A stretch of 64,000 bases of DNA from Ramazzottius varieornatus (taxonomy: Eukaryota > Animalia > Tardigrada), in the NCBI GenBank assembly GCA_001949185.1, contig BDGG01000007.1, positions 2,190,730 to 2,254,729 on the forward strand. Reading direction: 5' to 3'. Shown one piece after another: positions 36,271 through 50,765 of this stretch (positions are counted from its first letter, which is position 1; every line of letters starts with the position of its first letter). The position numbers were made by a program, and so were the translations under genes. Under the pieces are notes generated by a model. It was not told the origin of the DNA and made no database searches. It saw only the letters and a list, made by a program, of their open reading frames with translations.

Positions 36271-37689
36271 ATGGTCGAAATGTTGGAAGAAGAAGACGCG
36301 ACGGCCACTGCGCCCTCTATCCCTCCAGTACTCCTCTGCACATCCTCGAACTCGTCCACCAACCTCACCGCCGATGACATCGCTCTAGAGCACATTGAGC
36401 ACTTCCTCTACGGTATCGTCATGCCCACACTGTCCTTCCTGGGTATCATCGGTAACATTCTCAATCTTGTCGTCCTCACCCGCCCCAACCTGATGAAGAT
36501 CGTCACTTACACCTACTTCCGCGCCATGGCCATCGCAGACCTGGGTACCATGATTACCGTCCTTATCTTCGTCTTTGAGCTGACCGGCATGAAAGCCACG
36601 ACGTACCTGGGTTCGCTCTTCCAGGCTCACGTCACTCTGGCCTTGCTCAACGCCTTTGTGGGAAGTTCCGTCTTGACCATCGTAGCGGTTACTTTTGAAC
36701 GGTGGCTGTCCATTTGCCATCCCCTCCAAGCCAAGAACATTCAAAGTCCTCTCCGTGCCAAAATCATCATTGCTTGTGCCTGGATCACATCCTTTATTCT
36801 GTATCTTCCTTACTCCTTCCGGAAATACGTCAGTGAATGCTGGGACTCGGTAGCCAATGAACCAGTGTATTCGGTGGTGGAAGACAAGCATTTTACACAT
36901 AGCCCTGGCTTCGAAGCGTATGGCTGGATTCGGGAATTTATACTACGGATCATTCCAATGGTTGTTCTCGTCGCCTTGAACATCCGCATCGTCTTCGCCT
37001 TGAGGACTGTACAAAGTCGACGAAGACGCCTACGTGGTGGTGTTAACAACACCACGCCGAAGCAGAAACCGACGGTGAGCAATCACTCAGCGGCAAGACG
37101 TTGTAGTGAGGTTTCAGCAGGCGGCATAACTCGCGGCTCATCGATGCGTACTTCGGAGAAGCAGACTCCCGCGCAGAAACTGGAGTACCGACGCTTACAA
37201 GAAGAGCGCCGGCTGGTCTTATTGTTGATCGGCATTGTGGTCATGTTCATCATCTGCGTCACGCCGGCAGCCATCTTGCTGTGCATTCCGGGCGCCGATG
37301 AGGACTTTACCTTTGGGCTGAAGTTATTCCGGGCGGTGGCTAATGTGCTGGAATTGACCAATTACTCGCTGAATTTCTATGTGTATGTGGGCTGCAGTAG
37401 CGAGTTCCGCATGACTTTCGTCAGCGTCTTTTGTCGATATTGTACAGGTGGGAAGACGACGGGGATGTTGATGAATGGGGAGAGAGCTTCTTCCGTAGCC
37501 CCTTCAGCCAAGACGGCGGTGAACCGCGCCAGGGCAAATACGATGGAAATGAATAACGGATTGAACTACCTGCATTCAGGGAACACCACGCCCTTGTTGC
37601 CGGTCAAAAAGGATAGCCAACAAGCCCTGCACTCTCTTAATAAGACTGAAACGCAGTCCCTTCTTCATGGCTCTCTACAGATGTTATAG
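36271..37689 (+). CDS. Class A peptide-type GPCR (FMRFamide / sex-peptide-receptor-like), single coding exon
   Basis: Seven hydrophobic segments; GIIGNILNLVVL, MAIADL, TFERWLSICHP, FIICVTP, NYSLNFYVY; long basic ICL3. Start could be 36241. Confidence 0.92.
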   Translation: MVEMLEEEDATATAPSIPPVLLCTSSNSSTNLTADDIALEHIEHFLYGIVMPTLSFLGIIGNILNLVVLTRPNLMKIVTYTYFRAMAIADLGTMITVLIFVFELTGMKATTYLGSLFQAHVTLALLNAFVGSSVLTIVAVTFERWLSICHPLQAKNIQSPLRAKIIIACAWITSFILYLPYSFRKYVSECWDSVANEPVYSVVEDKHFTHSPGFEAYGWIREFILRIIPMVVLVALNIRIVFALRTVQSRRRRLRGGVNNTTPKQKPTVSNHSAARRCSEVSAGGITRGSSMRTSEKQTPAQKLEYRRLQEERRLVLLLIGIVVMFIICVTPAAILLCIPGADEDFTFGLKLFRAVANVLELTNYSLNFYVYVGCSSEFRMTFVSVFCRYCTGGKTTGMLMNGERASSVAPSAKTAVNRARANTMEMNNGLNYLHSGNTTPLLPVKKDSQQALHSLNKTETQSLLHGSLQML

Positions 37690-40600
37690 ATGAGCACTAG
37701 CGGATAAACTGAAGATCTCTATTTTAACTGCACATGCTTTTGCATTTCCAACTACACCCGTGCTGTCAATATTACTTGGCGGCAACTTTGGCCTAACTTT
37801 GCCCGGATAAAAAAGCCTGTTTTCAAGCATCAGATGGGCTAAAAATTCGAAGGAAAGGAACACAGAAAACGCTATTTGCATTCTGCCAAGAACAGCTTTT
37901 TCTGTGTTCGAAAACAGGCAGTTTTGAAACACGGATTAGTGTTTATTCTGTATCAGAAAAGCTCTGAGTTGGCTATTCTTTCAAGCAAAAAAGCGGAATT
38001 AATGCGGAAGCAGATTTGACTGTTTTTCCTAGCTGAAGCAGAAATGAAAAACACGATTTGTGATAGAAAATTTAATTACACCGAGATGCAACTAAAACCG
38101 CGCTAAACCTCGTAAAACACTACAGCACGAGTCTGGAACTGCACAAAATACAGCGAAAAGATCGACGAAGATTAAGGGGAGCCATGCATATGAAAAACTG
38201 GAGATCGTGTATCTCGACGCATCATGTCGAGCTCGCACTCCAACATATGCAACAGCACAAGCAAGAAAAAGTAGATAAGCACAGAGAAGTTAGGCAAGCG
38301 ACGTTACTTTCCGACTGCAGTTTGGATGACCTGCGGACAAGAAGCAGACATCAGTCATCAAGCAGCTAGAATTTACGCCAGCCTATATCTCAAATTCTAT
38401 CAACGTAAAACTGATTAACGCTATCCGTCAGACTGGTTACTTGATGGAACCGCGAGCTCGTTCGTCAGATCGGCTCTCCATCGTGGTTGGTAATGGTTCA
38501 TGAGACCCTTGTCCATTTCAGAAGTAGCCATGGTATCTCTGAAAGCAAAAATGCGGTAAATAAGAGCAATAATCAACGGTTATCATAATTAGCACAACTA
38601 AGCCTGCATACGACTCCAAACGGCATAGTCTGCAAATTCTTCGGCTCATAGTCAAACAAGTCCTAAGCCTCTAGCCTTAAGAAAGTAGGGTTTACCTTGA
38701 GGTGGATGAACCGAGCTCGGGCGGGAGCACGCGAGGCGATGGGAACAAACGAGATTACCATAACGGTAGTAAGACGCCATTCCTCCGGTCCTTATCCTGC
38801 CCATCTGTCGGACAGGGTATTCTCAGCTTCGGAGCAAAGTCTCGTCACCTCGCCAAGCACAGTATTCATACACAAAGCACAGCTAATGGAAGTTGACCGA
38901 GCTAATGGAAGATGATCGATTACTTAGGAAAAACAAAACGTTCCAAGGAGCGAAATTCAAAATGGGCGCTCGCCCGAAACAGGAGTGTTGAACCAAGCCA
39001 GGCTCGATGATTCAAGCCGGGAAAATTTCCAGCTGTATGACTGAGGCGGGGTATTCCAGCTGCCCCGCCTCCATCCGTTTTCTGTTTGACATGCTCTTTC
39101 TCAGCGCGTACGACCGAACTGCCTCAAAAATCAGCCACAAAACAAAACAAGCTACAAAACAAAACAAGCTACATGATCAGCTACAGAGTCGCTCTGCTTT
39201 TATACAGCAGTGTGCGACTGAATCGTGCAGTTTTACCCGGATGAGGTCTTTTGGCGCTTCTGGTGAAATTTAGTAACTAGTCTTTTCACCGAGAGCGCAC
39301 AGCCTATGGACTACACAGTCGCAAGATAGAAAACATGCATTGCGAGTTGCATGTGGATTGCTTCTGTGTACTCGTTCGACAACTTACACCATGCAGGTAT
39401 CGATAGTTACGTATACCCGTGCTGCCACCCATCGTGTTTCAAACACTGCCCTTCAGGACTTGCATGACGGACTCGATGACGGTCCCATTCGTATCATTTG
39501 CTGCTTCGGCAATACACGTGACTTCGGGGCTGCCATCTTGTTCTTCCTAACTTTCTGACCTATGATCAAAACTTGATCCTGACGACGGCTTCGTGTTTTT
39601 CAGACTTTTTTTGATGCGTTGATAGGTGAAAGTCCTGTTTAATTTCGGCCTTAGGGTCCAGAAGCGTTAAAATGCTCTCTTGAACAGTTTGGTGGTAAGC
39701 CATTTGATGCAGTTTCATCTGGAGATACCCATATTTTGTTCTTTATTGGGAAAGTCTGAACTCATGATCCGATCTAGCAGTTTACCGCTTAGTGCACTCA
39801 CTGGTTGTAGGCTATTCCGTGGGAAACTGGCTAGCAAATGGTGTTCGCCTATTGTCAGGCACTGATTATTTCCAAGATCGCCATTTCCAACAAATCTAGA
39901 GCCACTTTCCCCGCGCACACTAACATGTACGTGTCGAAATTCCAGTTTAACTTTTGCTCTTCGTTTTCTCCTTTGCCTGAAGAATCAACTTGCCTCCAAT
40001 CCACTTTCCACAACTAGCAGCCGTTTTCCACAACTAGCAGCCGTTTTCCATGGGAATTTCGTCTTAGCCAGCAAGTCTGTTTTCAGTCAGACTTTCGGTT
40101 GCGCCAGAGTGTCCAAAAAATCTAGCTTTAGTCCAAACATGCCTGCATCTAGTGATCGTTCAAATTCGAGAAATGGTTTGTCCGGTGATTAAGAAGAAAA
40201 CATGAAGGTTGGCCGGTTTCAAGTTGATAGGTGGCGCACTGTACGTCATGCTCTCGGATTTCGGCCAACCGAGAGCGTGGTGACTGGGGCTCTTCGACGA
40301 CGACCACCAACTTCGACCAGTTAAAAGAAGGCGAAAGTGACATTCTCGACCGATATCCTGAAAGCCCGAAATCGCGTGGTTCTCAAGGTTTCAAAGTCCT
40401 TTTCCCTCAGACCTCCCCAGCTGGGTTCATTTCTCGCGCACCCTGTCAATGATCGTTGGCTATCTAGATCTCATGACAAAGGTACGGAAATGAAGTGGAC
40501 TTCCGTCTTCCTTCTGATGAACCAAACTTATCAGAGTGATTCGAGTTGAGTCGAGTCGATGTGGACACGATACAGAGGTAAGTCACGTTGGATATCTGTA

Positions 40601-41165
40601 AGGAAATGAAGTTCGCAGGAATGAGGTCTTCCAGTTGTTGGCCAGATGGCCATGTTCCATGACCGCAGTCGGTCCGGAGTTGAACGGATCAAAGGCGGTG
40701 TCCAGGGGTGCCAGTCCATCACGGAAGCAGATACTGGAAGACCGGCAGGAAGAATGGCACCCAATGTGGTCGAAAAAAAGCACATATCATTGAGTGGTCT
40801 CATGATCATGATCCAATGCCAAATCACAGAAAGACACCTAGTACTTGTTTGCGGTCGTCCTACTTTCCACTCACCAGATTTAGAATGTGGGACAAGACTC
40901 GTACAGTGGTACAAGCCAGATAGCCTTTGAAGTTGTGATGTCTATCATCTGGACAAAAAATCCCGTACATATGACAAATAACGATTATCGGTTAAAAGGT
41001 TAACCAGCCTGCAAAGAATTGGCAAATTTCACCGTTATGAGCGGCGGACAGCAAATCGGGATATCTGACAAAAGCTGTCGCCTCATGCAGAACATAACAA
41101 TTTCTTCACCCCATGGTACGGATGTATGAACACCCTGACTATACCGGTTTCATTCAGGTCAAACG

Positions 41166-44100
41166 CTATACACTGTTTAACGGAGAGCTAGTTGGTTGTG
41201 CCCTCGCGGCACCATGCGTATTCTTGATCCAAGGGTAGCTCTCGGGACACGCTTCGCATGTCCGTATGTAGCGCATACCACCTCGGAAGAACGTGGGACA
41301 GACATTCGGCTTCGTACACTGCGGTGGTCGATTCAGATTCGAGCAACTCCATGGCTCAAACTGGTTAATCACCGACAACGGTGTCGGATTTTGTATCCAC
41401 TGAAAAAGCGGTGCTGGGATCAATGTTTTCAACCAAGATGGCCAAAGGAGTCAAATACCTGTAAAGCTTGCGAGGTTGTCACAATCCACACATCAGGCAT
41501 AGCCAGTACAGTATCGAGGAACTTCTTGAAACCGTCCATGTGGTATGCATGGATGAACCAGGCTGAATGGTAGTACATGCCGAAGGGTGCGCGGTTGGTT
41601 TCGTAATGACGCTTAAAGTTGTTCATCAAGAGCTGATAAACTTCGTCGATATCACCAGGGTTATGACAGGCATCAGCCATGGCACAGCGGTAACCCAAAA
41701 GATCTTCCCAATGAACCAGCGGTACTTCCCATAGGCCAGGGGTTGACTTGGTGGGACACGGAGGAATCCAGCATTTGTGCGGTAGAGCGTGGTCCAGTGT
41801 GTAGGGCCATAGTGGTGGGTTGTTCTCTGCTACACTCATCGAACTATCGTAGAGGAAACCTGAAACCGGAATGGTGTAAAGTCGAGAATTCGTCTAGTCG
41901 TTCAGTGTAACCGCAACAGAGAACAAGCGAAAATAATGCCGGTTCGGAAAAGGTTTAATAGACGGTAGAGCTACCTTTTTCCCATAACATTTCAAATTGG
42001 TTGTTTCCGCCCGTTTGTAAATACGGTGCCCGCATTCCTCTGACATCTTCCACTCTGACATTGCCGAACCTGTTCAGTATGTCCCTCTGTCCTGCAATCT
42101 CATCGGCCCAGTCATTCTTGGTGAAGTTCTTGCCCGGTAACGTATGACTAATGGAATGCGAGCCGATCTCATGTCCATCCGAGTACAAGTTCTGCACCAG
42201 AAAGTACTCGCTCCACTCATGGCTGACATAGAACGTCCCTCGAATGGGACAGCCATTGGGATTCCGTCTGTTATCGTTGAAGATGGACGTGTACAGTTGG
42301 TAATTCTGATTGGTCACTGCATCGTCGAACGTGATCAAAATCATCTGCGGTGTCTCCCCAACTGGTAACGAGCCGGGTATTTCCGATCCACCACACCAAC
42401 ACTCGGGCAGCTTACAGGTCTTCCTGTCACACGTCTCCGCCGTCTTACCGTACTTGGCATAATCTTCCGGGTTGCGCCCAACCTGCGGTAAGGTCGACGT
42501 AACAAGAGACGACGCAGAAGGCGCTAAATTGCTTGATTGATTAGCAGGCACCGTGTCCTGCAGCCACCATGGTAACCTGGCCGTGGAAGTCGTTGTAGTG
42601 TGCTCGGCCGTCTCAGCGATGTGACTGGTGGCAGTGGTAGTTTCAGGCTGGCGCTGTTGCAGAACACGAGTTTGTGGGACGATACCACTTTGCATCATAG
42701 GTCGCTGCATCTGCACATCAGTTCGGAAGACACCGAGTGGCACCACCGGGTTGCTGTTACTTCCCTGCATCCAGAAGGGCACAGTCGTTTGTTGCCGGTG
42801 GTCTCTCTGATTAGGCAGGGGTACACGGGTTGTGAATGTAAAGGTAACTGGCTCGTTTGGTTGGTTCAGTGTCATGGGTACATGTATGGCTTGGTCAGCT
42901 TGAAGGCCAAAGTTTGGTGCTTGTTGTGGAAGGAAGGGATTTTGCCGTAGCGACAAGTTTGGGAAGTCTGGCACTTCTTGACGACCTCGGTCGAACTGAT
43001 TGGGACCTGGCTGGGGGCCATTATTGTTCATTCGATCACTGGGCCGAATGATACCACCGTTAGCCATGTTGGGTGGTGCTTGAGGTGGCTGCATGGACTC
43101 ATCGCTCATGAAACGATTCTGGCTGCTGCCGAAATTGCTTCCTAGGTTGAATCGCTGATCGGTGTTGGTGAAGCGATTAGCTGTTAACTGCTGGATACGC
43201 TCGTTGGCCAACTGGTTCAGTCGTTCCTGAGTCATCTGTTGCTGGTTGGGAATGAAGCCAGGAGGGATAGTGTCAGCGGAAGGGCGCTCTGGTGATCGAG
43301 AGGGTGCCAGACCGGGGAACGGTACCAGTGGTTGTTGGGAAAATTGTCCATTTCCTCGTGCTGGCGCCTGTTGCGACTGTGTATTGTCATCCTGTCCGTT
43401 TGATTGCTGTATGGGGAACCTGGCACCAAAGTCCGGCATGTTGAAGATGGGCACGAGGTCCTGTTGAGGCTGCGGTGCATTGGGACGGCTATTGCGATCT
43501 GAGGGGTTGAAATCGAAGCGACTTGCTCCGTTGTTCTGACCATCATTGGCCGTGTTGGAGTTGGGTACCGTCTGAAGCCGTTTTGGGGCTGTGGTAGTAC
43601 GTCGCTCCGTGTTGTCGAAGCGATCGGCGCCAAGGGAAAAGCTGAAGGGTGTTTGATCGTTGGACTGACTGGGTGAGGGTGGCTGACCGTCGGCTCCGAA
43701 TGGGAAAGGCTGCTGGTTGACTGGTGGCCGACCAAAGTCCGGAAATATGGGTAATGCCGGTGGTGGACGTTGGTTGGAAGGTGGGTTATCGTTAGCGCTG
43801 GACGAAGAAGTGGTTCGTTGGAAAACGTTGTCGTTGGATTGAGAGTTGGAAGATGGGCGAGATTGGAAGCCCAGAAGAAAGTCGATGTTGTCTTGGTGGC
43901 TGCGGGCTGGTGCCTGGGCTGGGATGAATTCGGGCGACGGACGGCTCTGTTTCGATGATGATGTCGACTGTGGAGCTGGACGACCGGCTGGCTTTGGCTA
44001 AAAACATTATTCGCATTTCAAGAGCTTTCTACCAGACCTACGCAGTGAGATAAAGGACAAAAGTTGACGAAATTGGCCCCATCTCTCTCTGGCGTACAAA

Positions 44101-46796
44101 ATGAACACACAGCCGCTGCTTACGAAATTCGGCCGATGACGCAAGAATTGCGCTGAGATTTCCTTTTCTATTGTGAATTTTATCAAGCATCTAGGTTTTC
44201 CTAACCGGAATAAAGCTTCCTCGTGAATCGGGCAGTGTTGGAAAGGGTTTCAGTTACAGCAAGAGCGCGTTGTGCTTCTCCAGGCTGAATGGTAAAAGGT
44301 ATTTCGTGACAAATTAAGTATCAAAAAAGTTTCCAAGTAGTTTTTTTGCAATACTTACTTCGGCGCCAAAGTCCGGTCGGCTGAATGGCGAGCCAAAAAA
44401 ATCCGGTCGTGTGGCACCAGAGGGGAATGTGTCTTGAGCCTGTTGCGCTTGTCCAGCCCGCACCGGCTGTGTGTCCAGTTGTTTTGACCCGCCGAACAAT
44501 TCTCGGTCACGACCTCCTCCATCTAGGTTTGGAGTCAACTGCACATTCAGATCTGGCTGATCTCTGTCACGCAACGGCGTTTGAGGTCTGGCAGCTCGAT
44601 CGGGCTGTCTGGGAAAGTTGGCAAAACTGAGAAAGTCCTGCCCACTTCCAGATGCACTGCTCTGTTGTGTGGGAGCAGCTGAAGGCGCTTGGTCGGCCAC
44701 CGGCTGGCGAGCCGGCCAAGTGTCGTTGGGCTGCCAGGGATTCCACCACGGTCGACGCGTGGTGGGTAACAGGTGGGTTGGGAAGGCTGGACCCATGGGG
44801 AAGGAAGCGAAAGCATTTTGTGGTTGAGGAAGGAAGTCGCTGGCAGTGTGGTTGCGTGACCGATCGATGATGGGCGTATCGGCTTGAATGCTGAAGGTAG
44901 ACTGTGGGGGAGCAGCTCGTGCCGGGGTGGGAGCAGCAGGCGGCGGAGCGTCCTCGCCCTGCAACCACCATGGTATGGTGGCGCGGGGAGTGGACTCTGT
45001 CGTTGTGCCCGGTATGGCGAAGAATCCGGCTGCAAGAAATGAACTATTTGAAGTGTTAGGACAAAGTGTAATACAGATCTACAATGACCTCAACTTTCTT
45101 ACAATAACCCTGTCAGTAATCGAACGGCCAAATCTATCTCAGCGGTCGGGACAATATTGCAACATTTGATCAAACTAAGTCGAGGTACAAGTCAGCTTCT
45201 TGGTCGAATTTTAAGAGAGACCGCTCGAAGTAAATAAAACACTGCACTGAGTTCGGTTTCGCGGGGTCAATTTTGCGGAGTCTACTGCTTGCGGGTGTAC
45301 CACAGTGTACAACAACCGTAGAAGAAAGCACATTACGGACCAAAGTCTTAGATACTATGCACGTACATTTCTTGCCATTGGACACCTCGTGTTCTTCGCA
45401 GACGGTTTGAGCAACGACAGTTTGGTCAAAACGATCGTATTTACAAATGTCTGAAAGTTCAAGATTGATAATTCGCTTCGCGATTCAGAAACAAAGGGGC
45501 CTTCCGTTCGTGAATCTGAATCCCGAAGGAAACTCTTCGTCGATTACAAACTTTCCCGAATTGCATTCAGTAATACCCTGGCTGGCAAACCGCACTGGGA
45601 AGCGTAATCGATGTCCGGCCTGGCACAGAATGATCATTCCGGACAATCAGTCTGTCAGAATTACATTCGAGCCAGCACATTTTTAATTTGGTGGGCTACT
45701 TACTGCCAGGCACACTATCATGGCCAGCTTCATTGGTTTATTCCATTGTTGATCTCAAACTGCCTCGAGTTTTGCAACCTCTCAAAGGTCTCAGCAAATC
45801 GTTTTATAAACCACGATGTTCCGAATTAATTAGTTGTCGATTGTTTCATTCATCTGCGCAAAACGCAAGGTCCCTATTAGCCAGAGTAATATAGTAAATC
45901 GTTTCTGGGTAGACCTTTTGGCGGGCAGGAATAGGTGGATTTATCAATACAAACCAGATAGACACATTTGTGAAACGTCGTCAAACGAATTCACCCAGAT
46001 CCCTCTCTCAAGTGGCACACGCTTCCAGGCCATAACAGTGAAGCCCTGCGCCATTTGAAATCACAATTTCTGTGAAACCATTTGGCCACGTCCCATTCGG
46101 TTCTTGATCTTCCTTTAGTCTTATCTCTGAGAGTCCAACATAATTACGTCCACGCACCTCCTTTCGCCGGACATTCTGTATTCTTCGGCCAGTCACATAG
46201 CCCGAGTTGTGGATTGTAATATAATCCTTTGGAGCATTCTTGTACGACCGGTAATCCAAACACACAAACGAAGAAGCGCGAGCAGTTAAAATGATCCCCA
46301 TAATGCCCGAATGTCTCATCACAGACAAAGTCCGGCGGTGGTTGAAGATGGGGAGGTAAGGGCGTGGTGCCAGACTCGGGCATGCCTCTATTGAGATTTC
46401 CGCCTTGGAAGCCTTGATCAGCGCCTTGCTGCAGCGGCATCTCGAAACGCGACCCAAAGTTATCCATACCAACAAACTTATCCGGCTGTTGAGACGGCGA
46501 TTGCTGCGGTAACCCTATTGTGTCCACAAAACGCTGACTGCCTGCGGCTTGGAAGAGATCATGATGGTGCATTGGATTCGGAATATAAAATTGGCCTAAA
46601 AGAAAAAGCGGCAAGCTGAACTAACCGGTATAAAAATTCATAGGCTGTAAACAAAGAGATTTTTCATGAAGATATTGGGTAGACATATCGAGAGACTTTG
46701 CCTCTTACCAAATGTGAGATGAAGAATTGGTAACATTCCACACACTAATCTAAACGAAACACCCCACGGGTTTTCAGGTCTTCGATGAAGATCCAT
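41166..46796 (-). CDS. Chitin deacetylase with CBM14 and a very long low-complexity linker (group IV / CDA5-like), ~1284 aa
   Basis: Exons 46796-46709, 46595-46158, 45029-44359, 43997-41975, 41859-41459, 41399-41166, in phase. CBM14 (CDETFGHYGDHFNCSRFFVC...CDWPKNTEC); intact TFDD, HSISH and RAPY; C-terminal CPESYPW. Confidence 0.92.
45397..45660. repeat. Dispersed repeat, inverted copy of 25070-25330, in a CDA intron
   Basis: See 25070-25330. Confidence 0.85.
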
Positions 46797-48544
46797 GGCT
46801 GGATACTCAAACACGGAATATTCCGTGGAAGTTTGAGATTTCGGACCTTGGAGTCTACATTGATTGGTCGATTGAGCTCTCAACAGCACGGATGATGGAA
46901 GAAAGCTTGTTCTCTAGATTTTCGGATAACGCGGTTCAGTTGAAGTGGACGAAGCGAAAGAAGCCAAAAATAGTGGCAAATTAGCCTTGGATGGACGTTT
47001 GCGTCGGTGGGTCGCGGTGATCGGGGTGGTTGCGCTGAACTGGTGTCAGTAATCCATCAAGTGGCGTCTCTGCCACTGTCCGATCGGCGGAGGAGTCAGT
47101 ACAGTACGCGGCCAGAAGCTATAGTCTTTCCTGCACAAAAGCTGCTACACTGTAGCGGATATCCAACACTGGCTGACCCGACCGAACTAGACGCTAACCA
47201 TCGCCGGCCAGACGGACGTTGTATGCCGGATGATGAAGAGCCATCAGGGAGCTCATCTACTCAAGAATAGCTAACCCGCTTGTCCATAGTCAAAGCCACT
47301 TGAGTTGACCAGTCAGATGCTGGCCTACACTCGGGCGTGTCCGCACTACTACTGCGTGCAGTACCTCAACATCAACGCAATTAGAAAGTCAACCTTACCC
47401 ATCATGCAGACATTTCATCAAACATGCATTCCGTCAACTAACTTAGCTGCCATATTTTTTCAAGGCGCACATGTCAATATTACAGCATCACCGATACAAG
47501 GTATCGGGTTGAAAACCGTTCAATGAGCATCTAAGATCAAATTACAGGAAGTGTGAAGAGCACTCAGCCCATTGTTGATGAATCTTCAGGATCATAGAGG
47601 GCGCTGTCAATAAGTCAATCACGTGAAGTTCCAAGGTTGTCATTAATAACTCAACGAACCGGTATAGCTCCCTATTGTCAGGAGCGCGGTACTGGTCACT
47701 ACTCGGTACCATCTTCACCTTAACCTTGGGGTGCAATACATATTTGACTTAGCATATGTCGATGAGCGCATAAGTCAGGCCTATTGTCAACAATAATGAC
47801 ATTGTTACCGACTGCCACTTAGTCTTATGAATTATTTGTTCCCACTTGTGCTGACCAGATACTGCAGCCTCACTACTGTATGTTGCCTCTGCTGTCTTTA
47901 CTGTACGCACGTCAACCAAATTTAAAGGACCGCCACAAAGCACGGAAGCTTGAGTCCAGTGTGGGCTGAAAGAAAAGCCAGCCAATGTATAATTAAAACA
48001 GCTTCTGACATCTCTTGCTGCTCCAGTTGAGTAAGTAGATGAAAGAACGAGGAAGTGGGTCAACCTGCCATGAGGATAAATCAGCATATTCTTAGGCTGC
48101 TGCATGCGCATGTGCAGACATGGTTCAAGCTTCTATCCAAGTGCTGGGAGGGTGGTACTCCCCACCGCCACAAAAACGGCTTCGCTGTTGTGAGGAACAC
48201 TAACGATCCAGTCTCAACAGTATGAGCTGGCCGGCTATACAGATTCGAGACACGCTACCGCACGACGCACCGTCAACGAGTCTCGGATTATGAGTACAAG
48301 TAGCAGTATTTCGCATCAGAAAAAAGGACAAGTGAGCCGATCTTCGCGTATTAGCTCGCGGAGGATGGTGCAACAGATGCAGCGATGAATAAGCATTGCC
48401 CAGATACTAATCGATCGTAGCGAACCTGTTGGTCACTGAACATAAACGCCTGGAAACGTAACGGGAACCATACATACACAGTCGTCCAAAACGTGGTCTG
48501 CTGTAACATTTCCTCAAGTGTTTTTTTTCCGCTACTTCGATACT

Positions 48545-50070
48545 ATGAATTCTGCACTATCCGAGTACAGCTTAGATTCTGTTATGGCCTCACCTGTAGT
48601 AAACGAACGTTTGAAACCTACACAGATTATGAAGAAGTTGGAGGAGAGTATCAGTAACGTTTTGCCGGGTTTGGAAGCCAGCGAAGACTTGGTACAAGTA
48701 TCGTGGTCCCTTTCGTCTGCTGACCGGAACCTTATCAACGAAGACAGAGGCTTCTTCTCGCGCAGTACGTCACTTCAGTACATTGCTACTGCCATCGAAG
48801 GTCCGCTGTGGTGGCTGGCCGAATGGGAAATGACTTTGACGCTTACTCTTCGCACAGGTAATAATGGCTCCTTGTGCTCTCTTCACTCACTGAACCAAAC
48901 CTAAATCTAAATCAATAAGTTCCCACAGTAACAGAAAAAGGTATCAGTTAATATCAGGCGAATGATGTTTGAATCGTCAAGATAAGTTATTGTTTGATAG
49001 GCGACTCAGAAATTAAGAAATTGAAATTCATCGATAATTTAAATATTTTGAAGCTTGTATGTATATTTTGTTCGATTTCAGACGATCAAGCATGGCTGGC
49101 CCACGTACTTTTACGCAACCGGAACACAGCTCCGGTCCAAAGGGCTCACCAAAATGCCATTCGGGATGTTCGCTTTGGAGTATTGACATTTACACGGAGC
49201 GTGACGTCGCATTCCACCGACAAAACATGGACGGCTCTTCCGTTGTACAGCGAAGACCTACCCTCTTGCCTCGACACGTCCCTATGCCTCAGCAAAGTAT
49301 ACACCGGCACCATTGACTGGCCGGTCTCCAGTGGAAAGTCCTTTGCCTCAGTCACCGTTGGTGGTGGCGCGGGCCTGAAGGTTTCTCTGGCATTGATCGT
49401 TCGGACTGGGAAAGCCAGCGACAGTCTCACTGTGACGCTTGATTCACTCGTCGAACGATACCTGACACCGACAAAAAGCCAAATGGTACAAATGGAAAAC
49501 CGCGCTGACGACATGTCCTATTCATTACACGATGACGACAACTGTATTTCTGTCACATCAGCCAACCATCATCGGACGTTCCGTATAGAAAAGGAGATAC
49601 TAATGAAAGCTTCGCCAGTTCTCCAAGCTTGCTTTTCCCATCCGGGTTTGAAAGAGCATCAAGCAAAGGCCTATGACATGAGCTCATGGAACGAGGAAGT
49701 CATCGAGCAGTTCTTGGTCTATTGCTGTTACGGCAGTGCGCCAAAGATGGTCGAGTACGCCGAAGAGCTGACAGAAATGGCGGACCATTTCCAGATGGAT
49801 GAACTGATGGCGGAGTGTGAGCTGCGCATGACACAGATGGCGCTGCGCTGTGCAAAGCACGATGTCCACGAGTTGCGATCGTTGGTGCGGATGGCATGCA
49901 TGCTTGACATGCGAGTACTATTGATTGTGCTGGCTGTCATTGCGACAGACTGTAGCAATAGCTGGTCGAAACACTACCGTCTAGAGTGGGCCGGTATTCT
50001 GAAAACGAACCCCGAGTTTGCTGGCTTGAGTTTCGAGGCACTAGCGATGAGGAGTGTTGTCAACCCGTAG
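48545..50070 (+). CDS. BTB/POZ domain protein, ~433 aa
   Basis: Exons 48545-48857 and 49082-50070. C-terminal FRIEKEILMKASPVLQACFSHPGLKE...IEQFLVYCCYG...LTEMADHFQMDELMAECE is a SPOP-type BTB; the beta-rich N-terminus may be a diverged MATH domain. Confidence 0.85.
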
Positions 50071-50765
50071 TTCCTTCCTGATGTTCTCGTCGGCGTACTC
50101 TCTCTAGTTTATCTGCGGAGTTCTCGATACATAAACCTCCGCGATAACTTGAAAACGTCACACCACCACCATCGCATTACAGGCCATGCGTAAGATTGTA
50201 CTGGAAGAATTTTTGACGTCGGGAGCGCAGAGGTTTAATATGGTTTGTCAAGTATTGGAATGAATTACCAAAAGTCAGAAATACTCAGAGAAAAATAATT
50301 TCGCCTTCTCTGTCGTTGTCAAATATGAAATATAGCTGGACGCCCTCTACGATCGCACATCGGCTTCTGATCCGTTCCTTTCAGCTGGATACCTCCCGGG
50401 TCTGAGCAGGCTCTGATACCATCTCTCGGGTTCTTGATGAGAACCATACTGTAACTTGATATGTTACACCGTAATGGTGCCTATGGGAACCTAAAAATTA
50501 GGAATCGTCTAAGCTCTGTTTCATCTACCGATGGGTGGTACTTTCAGCCTCCTGGCCAACCCATCCAACATTTTTGATGGATTCTGTTACGGCCATAGTT
50601 CTTAGTTCGCGAGACGGGTCAACTTGGCTGTTTTAGAAAGTTAAGATCAGCTTTTGATCATCCCGCTACGGGGGAAGATCAACTGATAGGATCTCTGATC
50701 CTCAGTATGTATGATCCTCCACACAGTCGTATGCGTGAATCCGTCCCGGGTAGTGAGCACGCGGC

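Noticed and set aside
40006-40050. 20-bp tandem duplication TTCCACAACTAGCAGCCGTT
   Set aside because: Two copies only, no spacers; not CRISPR-like.
47290-48120. Possible retroelement or ncRNA remnant
   Set aside because: No reverse-transcriptase motif or recognisable RNA structure.
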